This document shows, in pieces, positions 1-11,820 of a DNA stretch of 64,000 nucleotides. Both the position numbers and the translations under genes were made by a program. The notes under the pieces were generated by a model. It saw nothing but the letters and a program-made list of their open reading frames with translations. It was not told where the DNA came from and searched no databases. How positions within the stretch are numbered: position 1 is the first letter of the stretch; each line of letters starts with the position of its first letter. Source of the stretch: an uncultured delta proteobacterium (GTDB lineage: Bacteria > Desulfobacterota > Binatia > Binatales > Binataceae); assembly GCA_963814715.1 (NCBI GenBank), contig CAWFDW010000003.1, forward strand, positions 50,879 through 114,878, read 5' to 3'.

Positions 1-1
1 C

Positions 2-79
2 CACGTCCGAATCAGCGTCGGCCTGCCCGAAGAGAATCGGCGGTTGGTTGCGATGCTCGGTGAGGTGATAGGCGCGTAG
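2..79 (+). CDS. 3' fragment (partial at window edge) of a histidinol-phosphate aminotransferase-like gene
   Basis: Frame starting at nt 2 reads ...[25 protein letters not shown] (stop 77-79). This resembles the HisC C-terminus (RxxVGTxEEN). hisC-tyrA synteny is common. Confidence 0.35.
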   Translation, partial: HVRISVGLPEENRRLVAMLGEVIGA

Positions 80-92
80 GCGCGCGACACAG

Positions 93-957
93 ATGGCGCA
101 GCTATTTCGACAGATGACCGTGTGCGGAGTGGGCCTGATTGGTGGCTCGCTCGCGTTGATCGCGCGGCGCGCGGGCGTTGTCGGCAAAGTCGTCGGCCTC
201 GGACGGTCGCAGGCGAACCTTGACGTAGCTGTCGAGCGCGGCATGATCGATCTAGCGACGCGCGACCCGGTCGAAGCAGCGCGCGGCGCTGACCTGATTG
301 TGCTCGCGGTGCCGATACTAACGATGCGCGCGACGCTGGAAAAAATGATCGAGCACACTGCGCCTGACGCAGTCGTGACCGACGTCGGCAGCGTGAAGCA
401 ATATGTAGTGCGCGAGTTGGAGCCCTTGATCACCGGAAAGAGATCGCTCGTCGCGGCGCATCCGGTGGCAGGCAAGGAAACTACCGGCGCGGCGGCTGCC
501 GACCCTGCGCTGTTTCGAGACCGGCGCGTGATTCTCACGCCGTCGGCGAAGAGCACGCCCGAGGCGATCAACAAGATCGAACAGTTGTGGAACGAGACCG
601 GCGCGTGCGTCGAGATGATGGACGCCGCGACCCACGACGCGATCCTCGCGCGATCGAGTCATCTGCCGCAGGCAGTTTCGAGCGTGCTGGCCGCGGCTCT
701 CAGCACTGAAAAAATCGGCGACAAGCTGGCGGCGGAATACGGCGCGAGCGGTTTGCGCGATACGACGCGGCTGGCCGGATCGTCATGGGAGATGTGGCGC
801 GATATTTTCGTGACGAATCGCGAGGCGATCGGGGCAGCACTGAAACTCTACGGCGCGAACGTTCGCGGAATTTCAGCGCGCCATCGAAGCCGGCGACATG
901 GACAACGTCGAGAAGATTTTCAATCGCGGACGCGCGATGCGGGAAAAGCTCAGATGA
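93..957 (+). CDS. tyrA: prephenate/arogenate dehydrogenase (TyrA); apparent 1-nt frameshift near 855-870
   Basis: N-terminal GxGxxG Rossmann motif ([12 protein letters not shown]). The frame-1 tail ...[29 protein letters not shown] ends at 957. The stop overlaps the cmk ATG (ATGA). Confidence 0.8.
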
Positions 958-1654
958 GCCGCAAGGAACCGATAATCGCGATCGATGGCCCGGTCGGCGC
1001 GGGAAAGTCCGTAGCGGCGCGCGAGCTCGCACGCGAACTCGGATATTCGTACCTGAACACGGGCGCGATGTATCGCGCGGTTGCGATTGCGGCGCGCGAG
1101 GCCGGCATCAATCCCGACGACATCCGAACGTCGAAGAGAGACTAGCGTCGGTGCTCAAGACGATTAAGATAAAGTTCGACGGCGAGAAAATTTTGCTCAA
1201 CGGCCGCGACGTGACCGCGAAGAAAGATGATCCGGAGATCGGCGACCTCGCGTCGCGCTTCTCGGCGATCGGCGCGGTGCGCGCGCGGATGCGCGAGTTG
1301 CAGCGCGCGGCCGGCGCGGAGGGCGGAGTGGTGATGGAAGGACGCGATATCGGCACGGCGATTTTTCCCGACGCTGAGTTCAAGTTTTTTCTCGTCGCCG
1401 ATGTGAAGACGCGAGCACGCCGCAGATACGAAGAGCTCAAGAAAAAAGGCGAGTCGATAACTGAGGATCAAGTGCTCGAACAACTGATCGAGCGGGACCG
1501 CCGTGACAGCGGGCGCGAGCTTGCGCCGCTCAAGCGTGCCGACGATGCGATAGAGATCGATTCAACGAAACTTTCAATCGACGCGGTGGTCGCGGCGATG
1601 AAAGCGAAGATTAACGCTCGAATCAACGCCGCCAAGGACTTGAAACGAGCCTAG
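954..1654 (+). CDS. cmk: cytidylate kinase; apparent frameshift near 1125
   Basis: [19 protein letters not shown] Walker A. The C-terminal part (ILLNGRDV..., [18 protein letters not shown]) continues in another frame. cmk-rpsA synteny is conserved. Confidence 0.85.
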
Positions 1655-1712
1655 CCCGGTTGTAAGGATCGCAGCAGCCCCGAAGTCCCGGAATCCCGGA
1701 AGGTCCCCCTAA

Positions 1713-3455
<1,743 letters not shown>

Positions 3456-3462
3456 ATGGGGA

Positions 3463-3492
3463 GCCGGTCCGGATTAGCGCGCGCGGACCGGC
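3463..3492 (+). terminator. GC hairpin between rpsA and ihfB (9-bp stem GCCGGTCCG/CGGACCGGC, 12-nt loop); attenuator/terminator-like
   Basis: Perfect inverted repeat read directly in the sequence. It sits 8 nt after the rpsA stop codon. No U-tract follows. Confidence 0.4.
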
Positions 3493-3502
3493 GTCGAGAT
3501 CG

Positions 3503-3799
3503 ATGACCAAGCGGGAAATCATCGAAGAACTACTGGCGCGCCGGCGTAAGTTTACCCATCGCGAGTCAGAGACCATCGTCAACGCGATGTTCGACGCGAT
3601 GGCCAACTCGCTGATGCGCGGCGAGCGGATCGAAATCCGCGGCTTCGGCAGTTTCGCGGTCAAGCAGCGTCGCGCGCGGCAGGGACGCAATCCAAAGACG
3701 GGACAGCTGGTCAGCGTCGATGCCAAGCAGATCCCGTTCTTCCGCGCGGGCAAGGAACTCCGAATCGAAGTAAATGGCGCTGAAGAAGCGGTCCGTTAG
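3503..3799 (+). CDS. ihfB: integration host factor beta subunit / HU-family DNA-binding protein
   Basis: RGFGSFAVKQRRARQGRNPKTGQLVSVDAKQIPFFRAGKEL is the IHF/HU fold signature. Position downstream of rpsA fits. Confidence 0.85.
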   Translation: MTKREIIEELLARRRKFTHRESETIVNAMFDAMANSLMRGERIEIRGFGSFAVKQRRARQGRNPKTGQLVSVDAKQIPFFRAGKELRIEVNGAEEAVR

Positions 3800-4349
3800 T
3801 CGGCCAGTCGATCGACGCGACGACGTGGACGTCCCGGCCGAAGGGCTGCGACTATGGGCGCCGTGGCGCTACGCGTATTTGCGCAGCCTGCTCTCCGACC
3901 CCAAGGCGTGCATCTTTTGTTTCGACAAACTTTCCGAAGACGAGCGCCGCGAACGCCTGGTCCTTTTCGAGAATCGCGACGTGCTCGTGATGCTCAACAA
4001 GTATCCTTACAGTAACGGCCATATCATGGTGGCGCCGCGCAGCCATGTCGCGTCGCTCGAGCTGCTGACCCGAGCCGACCGCGCCGTGCTAATCGAAGCG
4101 GTCGCGGCGTCGATCAAGTTGATGCGTGAGAATCTCCATCCGCAGGCGTTCAACGTCGGCGCCAACCTGGGCAGTGCCGCCGGCGCGGGATTTGCCGAGC
4201 ACATCCATTGGCATATCGTGCCGCGCTGGTCAGGCGACAACAATTTTATGTCGGTACTTGCCTCGACGCGCGTGCTGTCACAAAGTTTGGAAGACAGCTA
4301 CGAACAACTGCGGCCGATTTTCAAAAACCTCGGCGCTGAATTAATCTGA
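3774..4349 (+). CDS. HIT-family (histidine triad) nucleotide hydrolase/transferase
   Basis: HIHWHIVPRW histidine-triad motif. The listed start overlaps ihfB by 26 nt; the true start may be a downstream non-ATG codon. Confidence 0.7.
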   Translation: MALKKRSVSRPVDRRDDVDVPAEGLRLWAPWRYAYLRSLLSDPKACIFCFDKLSEDERRERLVLFENRDVLVMLNKYPYSNGHIMVAPRSHVASLELLTRADRAVLIEAVAASIKLMRENLHPQAFNVGANLGSAAGAGFAEHIHWHIVPRWSGDNNFMSVLASTRVLSQSLEDSYEQLRPIFKNLGAELI

Positions 4350-4378
4350 AATAGGGCAATCGAGTTGCGGGATTCGCG

Positions 4379-5788
4379 ATGAATGAAAAACTGCTGAAGA
4401 TTCGGACGCTGGGCGAACTCAAGAGCGCGGGCTACCAGACCATGCCGGTCCGGATGGAGATGCGCAAGAATCTGCTCGAGCGCCTGCGCAGCAAGGAGCA
4501 AATCCTGCCGGGCATCGTCGGCTACGAAGAGACGGTCGTTCCGGAGATCGAAAACGGCGTGCTCGCCGGACATCACATGATCTTCCTCGGCGAGCGCGGC
4601 CAGGCGAAGTCGCGAATCATCAGATCGCTGATCGGACTGCTCGACGAACACGTGCCGATGGTCGCGGGCTGCGAAATCAATGACGATCCTTACGCGCCGA
4701 TTTGCCGGCGATGCGTCAAGTTGAGAGACGAGAAGGGCGACGCACTCGAGATTGCATGGATCGGCCGCGACGCGCGATATGCCGAAAAGCTCGCGACGCC
4801 GGACGTCTCGGTGGCCGACCTGATCGGCGAGATCGATCCGATCAAGGTCGCCGAGGGACGCTATCTCGCCGACGAGGAAACGATCCACTACGGCCTGATC
4901 CCGCGCACCAATCGCGGCATCTTCGCGATCAACGAGCTGCCCGATCTGACCGAGAAGGTGCAAGTCGGACTCTTCAACCTGATGGAAGAGAAGGACGTCC
5001 AGATCAAGGGCTACAAGATTCGGCTGGCGGTCGACGTGGTGTTCGTCGCGAGCGCTAATCCCGAGGACTACACCTCGCGCGGGCGAATCATCACGCCGCT
5101 GAAGGATCGCTTCGACATCCAGATTCGCACGCACTACCCCAAGACGATCGAGCACGAGATCGTGATCATGGAGCAGGAAGCGGCGCATCCGCAGCGCGAC
5201 GGCGTCGACGTGCGGATTCCGCAGTTCATGAAGGACATCCTCGCGCAGATCACGTTCGAGGCGCGCGCGTCTAACGAGATCAATCAGTCGTCAGGCGTGT
5301 CGGTGCGCGTGACGATCAACAATTTCGAATCCGCGATCTCGAACGCCGAGAAGCGCGCGGTGCGCAACTCGGAAAACGAGATCGTCCCGCGAATTTCGGA
5401 TTTGCATTCGCTGTACGCCTCGACCGCCGGCAAGATCGAGCTCGAATACGTCGGCGAGGACAAGAAAGAAGACGATTTGATCGAGCGGCTGATCAATCGC
5501 GCCGTGCTGAAAGTATTCGACAAGTACTTGAAGCTCGACGATCTGAAGAAAGTGTCGAGCTACTTCGAGAATGGATGGGGCGTCGAGGTTTCGGACAGCG
5601 CGCCGTCGTCGGAATACATGGAACCGCTGCGCGAGGTCACTGGTCTGCGCGAAGTGATCACGCTGCTCGGGCCGTTCGAGACGCCGGGGCTGATGGCTGC
5701 GGCGAGCGAGTTTATTTTCGAGGGCCTCCATCTGCATCAGAAGCTCAACAAGGATCGCCAGGGCGGGCGCTTCGCCTACCACGCATGA
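4379..5788 (+). CDS. ChlI/BchI-like AAA+ ATPase (Mg-chelatase I-subunit family)
   Basis: Walker A GERGQAKSR. Has the ChlI-type Cys insertion GCEINDDPYAPICRRC and the sensor/arginine-finger region. 469 aa, intact. Confidence 0.75.
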   Translation: MNEKLLKIRTLGELKSAGYQTMPVRMEMRKNLLERLRSKEQILPGIVGYEETVVPEIENGVLAGHHMIFLGERGQAKSRIIRSLIGLLDEHVPMVAGCEINDDPYAPICRRCVKLRDEKGDALEIAWIGRDARYAEKLATPDVSVADLIGEIDPIKVAEGRYLADEETIHYGLIPRTNRGIFAINELPDLTEKVQVGLFNLMEEKDVQIKGYKIRLAVDVVFVASANPEDYTSRGRIITPLKDRFDIQIRTHYPKTIEHEIVIMEQEAAHPQRDGVDVRIPQFMKDILAQITFEARASNEINQSSGVSVRVTINNFESAISNAEKRAVRNSENEIVPRISDLHSLYASTAGKIELEYVGEDKKEDDLIERLINRAVLKVFDKYLKLDDLKKVSSYFENGWGVEVSDSAPSSEYMEPLREVTGLREVITLLGPFETPGLMAAASEFIFEGLHLHQKLNKDRQGGRFAYHA

Positions 5789-5800
5789 CACGCCGGCAAC

Positions 5801-7400
5801 ATGGCCGCCGTTGTCACCCGCTACACCCAGTGGGACGGCACGCAGCGGCTCAAGCTCGACGCCGACAAGGTGTTCGAGAAGCTCGCCGAGTACCTGTCGT
5901 ACACCGACGACGTGCGCCAGGCGATGGACTGGATGATGCGGCAGGGGATGGACTTCGACGGCGTCAAGGTGATGGGGCTCGAGGAGTTCATCGAGCAGCT
6001 GCGCCAGGAGATGCGCCAGCGCTATCGCGATTTCAACCTCAAGAACGCGCTCTCCGAGATGGAGCAGAAGCTCGAAGATATTCTGAATCGCGAGCGCGCC
6101 GACGCTCGAATCGCTGAAGGGACAGAAGCCGGGCGTCGAGGAAAAGCAGCGCGAGCTGTCGCGGATGCCGCGCCGGCTGTCGGAGGCGATGCGCAAACTC
6201 GAGAGCCACGAGTTCGAAGACGCGGAGGCGAAGGAAGATTTCGACAAGCTGCTCGAAGAATACGAAAATATCCGCGACCTCGAAAATTTTCGCGATCGCA
6301 ATCAGCACATGTTCCACGGTCCGAAGAGCCTCGGCTACGACGACGCGCTCGAGCTGATGCGCGAGATGGAGCGGATGCGCCAGCTCGAGCAGGACCTGAT
6401 GTCGGGAAACTTCGACACCATCTCGATGGAAGACCTGCAGCAGATCCTCGGGCAGCAGGCGAGCAAGGACTTTCAGAATCTCAAGCAGGTGATGGTGCTG
6501 CTGACGCAGTCGGGCTACATGGTGCCGAAGGGCGACCATTTTCAGCTCTCGCCCAAGGGCGTGCGTCGTATCGGGCAACTGGCGCTGCGCGACATCTACC
6601 AGAACCTGTTGAAGGATCGCTCAGGCGGTCACGTGACCGACCATCGCGGCGTCACCGAGATGCGTCCCGAGCAGACCAAGCCGTACGCGTTCGGCGATCC
6701 GCTGAATCTGAACCTGGTCGCGACGTTGAAGCATGCGCTCGCGCGCAAGGCCGGCGTCCCGCTCGAGCTGCGTCCCGAAGATTTCGAGATTTACGAGAAC
6801 GACTACGCCAGCTCGTCGTCGACGGTGCTGTGCCTCGACATGTCGTGGTCGATGAGCTGGGAAGGGCGATTTGCGGCGGCGAAGAAAGTCGCGATGGCGA
6901 TGGAGACGCTGATTCGCTCGAAGTTCCCGCGCGACTATTTTTCGATCGTCGGCTTTTATACGCGCGCGGTCGAGTTGAAGCTGAAGGATCTGCCCGAAGC
7001 GTCGTGGAACATGGGCGATCCGTTCACCAATCTGCAGGACGGTCTGCGGCTCGCGTCGGATTTGCTGGGACGGCATCCGTCGCGCAACCAGCACATCATC
7101 GTGATCACCGACGGCCAGCCGACCGCGTACTTCCTGAACAAGCGGCTGTACTGCGAATGGCCGCTGTCGTTCGGCGGCATCAGCATGCGCGCCGCGCAGG
7201 AGACGCTGAAGGAAGTCGAGCGCATCACGCGCAAGGGAATCACGATCAACACCTTCATGCTCGACGACTCGCCAAGTCTGCGCGCCTTCGTCGACAAGAT
7301 GACGCAAATCAATCGAGGCCGCGCGCTGTTCACCCGCCCCGACCATCTCGGCGAATACATGCTGGTCGACTACCTCTCCAAAAAACGCAAGCGTGTCTGA
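5801..7400 (+). CDS. vWA-domain protein (ChlD-like partner of the upstream ATPase); apparent frameshift near 6120-6165
   Basis: C-terminal vWA with MIDAS motif (VLCLDMSWSM...IIVITDGQPT). The N-terminal 110 aa and the ORF at 6165-7400 are collinear. Confidence 0.7.
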
Positions 7401-7467
7401 AGGGCGACGGTAAGTGGCGGCGGTTGTTGAGGCGGTCGAGAGTCGCGCCAATCCAAGACCTCCTTTG

Positions 7468-8171
7468 AAGTGGGCGGGTGGCAAGCGATGGCTCGTACCG
7501 CACCTGATTCCGCTATGGAATCGACATCGATGCGCCGCCTGGTCGAACCCCTATGCGGCGGATTGGCAGTATCGCTAGGCCTCGCGCCGGATAGGGCGCT
7601 GATCAGTGATCTCAATCCTCATACGATCAACTTCTATAGCTGGCTCAAGCGCGGTCTTGGAATCTCGCTTGCGATGCAGAACGATCAGACCTACTTCTAC
7701 GAACAACGAACCCGCTTCAACCAACTCATCCGCGAAAATAAGGCAGACACTAAGGAAGCGGCCAGCATTTTCTACTATCTCAATCGCACCTGCTACAACG
7801 GCCTATGCCGGTTCAACAGCAAGGGCGAGTTCAACGTTCCTTTCGGCCGCTACAAGAAACTGATCTACAAGACGGATTTCACAGAATACGTTCCGGCCTT
7901 CGCGCACTGGGACTTCACCTGCGTCGATTTCGAAAAGATTCCCTGCTGCGACGACGACTTCGTCTACGCCGATCCGCCTTATGACGTCCAGTTCACGTCC
8001 TATTCAAAGGAAAATTTTGACTGGGACGATCAAGTCCGATTGGCACAATGGCTCGCGCGGCATCCCGGTCCTGTAGTCCTATCCAATCAGGCTACAGACC
8101 GAATTCGACGAGTTATACGCGGAGCTCGGATACACGGTCAGGACTCTAACAGCCCCAAGAATGATCAATAA
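7468..8171 (+). CDS. dam: Dam-family N6-adenine DNA methyltransferase (orphan; low GC); N-terminal frameshift ~7500-7530
   Basis: LKWAGGKRWLVPHL N-terminus is in one frame. Then EPLCGG..., NRTCYNGLCRFNSKGEFNVPFGRY and the DPPY catalytic motif follow. GC is clearly lower than in the flanks. Confidence 0.8.
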
Positions 8172-8279
8172 CACCGGCGATAGGACTCCGCCCAGGAAGT
8201 CCTGGCAACTGGAAATTGTAGATAGGCTCGACCGACGCCAAATCTTGTAGCCACTCCCGCCAAAGGTCTCCGACAATCT

Positions 8280-8317
8280 GGTTCCCCTTCCCGCTCGGGA
8301 AGGGGTTAGGGGTTAGG
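8280..8317. repeat. REP-like hairpin element, family A copy 1 (CCCCTTCCC-loop-GGGAAGGGG + TTAGGGGT)
   Basis: 9-bp perfect stem read directly. A near-identical copy lies at 55668-55705. Confidence 0.6.
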
Positions 8318-8509
8318 TTTCCTGCATCGCCACCATGCCGGGCCACTTCTTGTCTTGGTGTCACCCCGACGAAAGCGACAACGGAGCGGGCAAGCACAGA
8401 AACCAAGAAAGTACTGGGTGCAGGGGTCACCCCCCGCGACGGTGTCGATGCCGCCCGCCGCGCAGGCGATTAACCTGCCTCCTGGTTCGCGCGGAGGTCC
8501 TACCGCCCG

Positions 8510-9540
8510 GCAGCCTGCCGCGACTCGATCGTCGCCGGCATCGTCCAGCGTCCCGCCGATCTGACGCAGCACAATCCTATCCTGCTGATCGCCCGCCGCC
8601 TTGATTAGCCGCTGTAGCGGCTCTTCCATCGGTTCCTTCGATAGCTTGAACGTGCCCCAGTGAATCGGCACTAAGTAGTGCGCGTGCGTCGACTGGAACA
8701 TCGCCCAGACCTGTTCGGGATTGGCGTGATTGCAGGATCCACGGGTCGTAGGCGCCAATGGAGAATACCGCGACATCAGGAGGCGTCGATGCCAGCGCCG
8801 CGAACAAGATCGGTGTCGGCGCTGTCGCACGCAAGCAGCATCCGGCGGCCGTCTTTTTCGAGCACGTAACTGTTGAAGCCGTAATCCGCGCCGAACGGCG
8901 GCCATCGCTTGCCCCAGTGCCGCGCGCCCATCGCTCGGATAGTTAGTCCCTTGACGACAGTGCTCTCGCCCCACTTGAGTTCGCGCACATCTTTGAAACC
9001 GAGCGGCGCGATGATTTGCGAGCACTTGTCGCACGCGACGACGACCGCGCTCTTCGGCAGCGCCTTCAACGACGGAATGTCGAGATGGTCCATGTGCGCG
9101 TGCGTGATCAGGATGATATCGAGTTGCTGCAATTGCGCTGGGGCCAGCGGCGGATCGACGAATCGCTTCGGCCCGATCGTGAGTATCGAGTCAATCGACA
9201 TGCCGACGCGCGAGAACAGGCTCGGGTCAGTGATTACGCGCGTGCCAAAAAAATTCATGAGCACGGCGGCGTGTCCGAGGTTGGCGATCGTGAGCGAGTT
9301 GTCGGGCCACGATGCGGGCTCGAGGCGTGGATGCGACTGATCGGGCGCGGAATTCATATTTTGAGAGTACGACCTTGCGGCAAACATCGCCAGCGAAACA
9401 ATTGTGACGACGACGATTACTCGCCTCGTCAATCGCATCAGGCGCGACGACAAGAACCGAATCGAACTCACTTCTCCTTCGCCGGCTTGAAGCAGGGGAG
9501 TTCCTTGACCAGCACGAAGGTGTAGGAACGATCGTGCCAT
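8510..9540 (-). CDS. MBL-fold metallo-hydrolase; at least 2 apparent frameshifts; 3' end approximate
   Basis: HAHMDH motif with signal-peptide-like N-terminus. The C-terminal parts (VAVFSIGAYDPW..., ...HYLVPIHWGTF...) are in other frames. Confidence 0.65.
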
Positions 9541-10070
9541 TTGAAGGTGCCGACGCCGGATCCAAACGTCTCGGTCATCGAGTCAAACTGTTCGCTGTCC
9601 GATACGTTGACTAGCTCGGTGGGAGCGTAGGCGAGATATTCCGGTTCGTCGGGCTTGAGCATCTGATAGAGCGGTGGAGTGAAAAGCAGATTGGCGATAC
9701 CCGGCTTCGGCTGCCACGCGCCCGGAGACGTGTTCTCGGTCTGGGTGCGCGACACGATCCAGATCGGATCACCGGCGGTCTGGGCAATTTTCCACTGGCG
9801 CGACTCGATCAGCCCGTCCTTGTTTTTGCGGACTTCCTCGACGCCGATAGGAGCGCGCAGCAGTTGATCGCACTTGTCGGGGTTCTCTTCCTGGGAAGCT
9901 CCTGTCCCGCCGGCTTGCTTCATCGCGACTTGAGAGCCGATCAGCTGAGCGCTGCCGGCTGCCACCGCAGGGGCAACGGTCGTCACCAACCCGACGGCCC
10001 CGAGAGCGCATCCAGAGCACAGCGCCGCGAGCACAATAACGATCGCGAGGGACGCGATTCTGCGCACCAT
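9468..10070 (-). CDS. hypothetical lipoprotein (signal peptide + lipobox LCSGC)
   Basis: The internal Met followed by MVRRIASLAIVIVLAALCSGC is a typical SPII signal. The upstream part of the long ORF is Arg-rich junk. Confidence 0.5.
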   Translation of the reverse strand: MVRRIASLAIVIVLAALCSGCALGAVGLVTTVAPAVAAGSAQLIGSQVAMKQAGGTGASQEENPDKCDQLLRAPIGVEEVRKNKDGLIESRQWKIAQTAGDPIWIVSRTQTENTSPGAWQPKPGIANLLFTPPLYQMLKPDEPEYLAYAPTELVNVSDSEQFDSMTETFGSGVGTFKWHDRSYTFVLVKELPCFKPAKEK

Positions 10071-10078
10071 AAAAGTTT

Positions 10079-11086
10079 TCACGAAGGCTTGCGCGCTATC
10101 ACCATCGAGGAAGTGAACGGCGGACTTGGCAGCGCCTCCAGCTTGATGTCGACAAAGCCGGCATCGCCGAGCCATCGCGAGACTTCGTCGAACGAATAGT
10201 CGCGCCCACGCGTGGCCATCAGCAGGTAGAGCGCGAAAATCGCGCCGGCCCGAGGCTCGGTCAGCTCGGCGTTCATGATGTGATCCTTGATGATCATCAG
10301 GCCGCCCGGTTCGAGCGCGCGAAAGCATTTGCGGAAGCAGTTGAGCGTTGTCGGTTTCATCTTCGTTGTGAATTATATTCGACATGAACAGGGCTCCGCA
10401 TCGGCCCGGGATCTCATCGTACAGATAATCGACAGCGGACCAGATCGATGCGCTCCAGCGCCGCGGGCTCGCGCTCGGCGAGAATTTTCCGCGCAACTTC
10501 GAGCGTCGCAGGCAGATCGTAAATCGCGGCGCGCAGATGAGGCCATCGACGCAGCATCGCGACGGTGTACGTCCCCGGCCCGCCACCGATGTCGGCAATC
10601 ATCGACACCTTGCTGAGATCGAGCCGGTCGGCCACGTAAGCCGCATCGCCGCGCGCGCGCGTCAGGCTGTCCATCGCGCGGATGAATCGTTCGGTCTCTT
10701 CGGGACGGCTCTGAAACATGTCGGTCGGCGCGCGCGGGCAGGCCGGTACGAATAGTTTGTTCGAGATTCGTCCAGATTTGAAAGAATCGCTTCGTCGAAC
10801 AGAATCAGGCCGCCAAGATATTCAGGCGACGAGCGGAGCAGGTAGCGTCGCGAAGCGTCGGTCAGCGCGTAGCGATTGGCGCGCTTGTCGAGCAAATCCG
10901 AGCGCGACCATCGCGTTGGCTATCAGAGCCGTCGCACGGCGATTCGCGGATATTGCGGAAGCGAGAGCCGCGTCGTCGAGCGGCGACGCGCTCGAGCATG
11001 TCGAAAATCCCCAGCTTCAGCGCGGTCTGGATTGCACGCGCTTCCGCATGACCTGAGGCCAGCGCGGCAAGTTCGGCGAAGTCCAT
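10079..11086 (-). CDS. class I SAM-dependent O-methyltransferase (dimerisation domain + MTase); multiple frameshifts
   Basis: Four collinear minus-strand ORF pieces. GGGPGTYTV SAM-binding motif and an N-terminal winged-helix dimerisation segment. Confidence 0.65.
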
Positions 11087-11710
11087 CGAATGCGCCTGTT
11101 AGTGTCACGAAATCTTGCGTAACGTAAGTGTCGGCCGTCGGCGGACTGTGCGATTCCGACGCCAGTCTCGGTGAACTTGCCCGAGACGATGTTGGCGAGA
11201 TGCTCGGGACTCTTCAGCCAACCGTTCATCGCGCGCTGGGCGACGTCGGCCGAATCGGCGTTGTCGTCCATGTAGATGTTTTCGCCGACCGTCGCGATAT
11301 CCGATGCCGACGCCGCTGATTCTGTCCGCGGGCGCCACACCGTCGGGACTGTTGTGCGCGAGATAGTGGCGCATCGCCATGTCGTAACTGTGTCCGCGCG
11401 CGATTACCGCGAGGCGCGCCGAAAATTTCAGCGGCCGCAGTCCGCCGCGAACCCGTTGTTGATTTACCAGGCCGAGGATTTCGGTTTCCTGATCGGTCAG
11501 ACCGGATACTTTCTCGGGCGACGGCGGCGCGCAGTACATCAGGTAAAATCGCGCGATTATCGCGGCGACCAGCGAGATTACCAGCAGTCCAATTCCCGTC
11601 TTGATCGCACGGCGCCGGCGTACCACTGTGGGAGTCGGCATCCGGATGACTTTCGCCGGTCCGTTACGAGTTCGCGGCGAGCGGCGCCGCGTTGCTGGTC
11701 TTGCGCTCAT
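11017..11710 (-). CDS. CAP/SCP/PR-1 domain protein with N-terminal TM anchor; frameshift
   Basis: LVNQQRVRGGLRPLKFSARLAVIARGHSYDMAMRHYLAHNSPDG plus the ...GENIYM...AMNGWLKSPEHLANI...GVGIA CAP motifs. Confidence 0.65.
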
Positions 11711-11820
11711 GTTTCTATCAATCTCCAGCTATCGCGCCATTTGGCGGATGTCAACGCGAACAATTCTTGCGTCAGTCGCAATCGTCTGCATCGTGAGCGC
11801 GCGCGCCGGCGCTGCGCCTG

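Noticed and set aside
5291-6301. 336-aa minus-strand ORF overlapping the ChlI-like and vWA genes
   Set aside because: Antisense to two well-supported genes. Composition is biased (Arg/Ser/Leu) and no motifs are recognisable.
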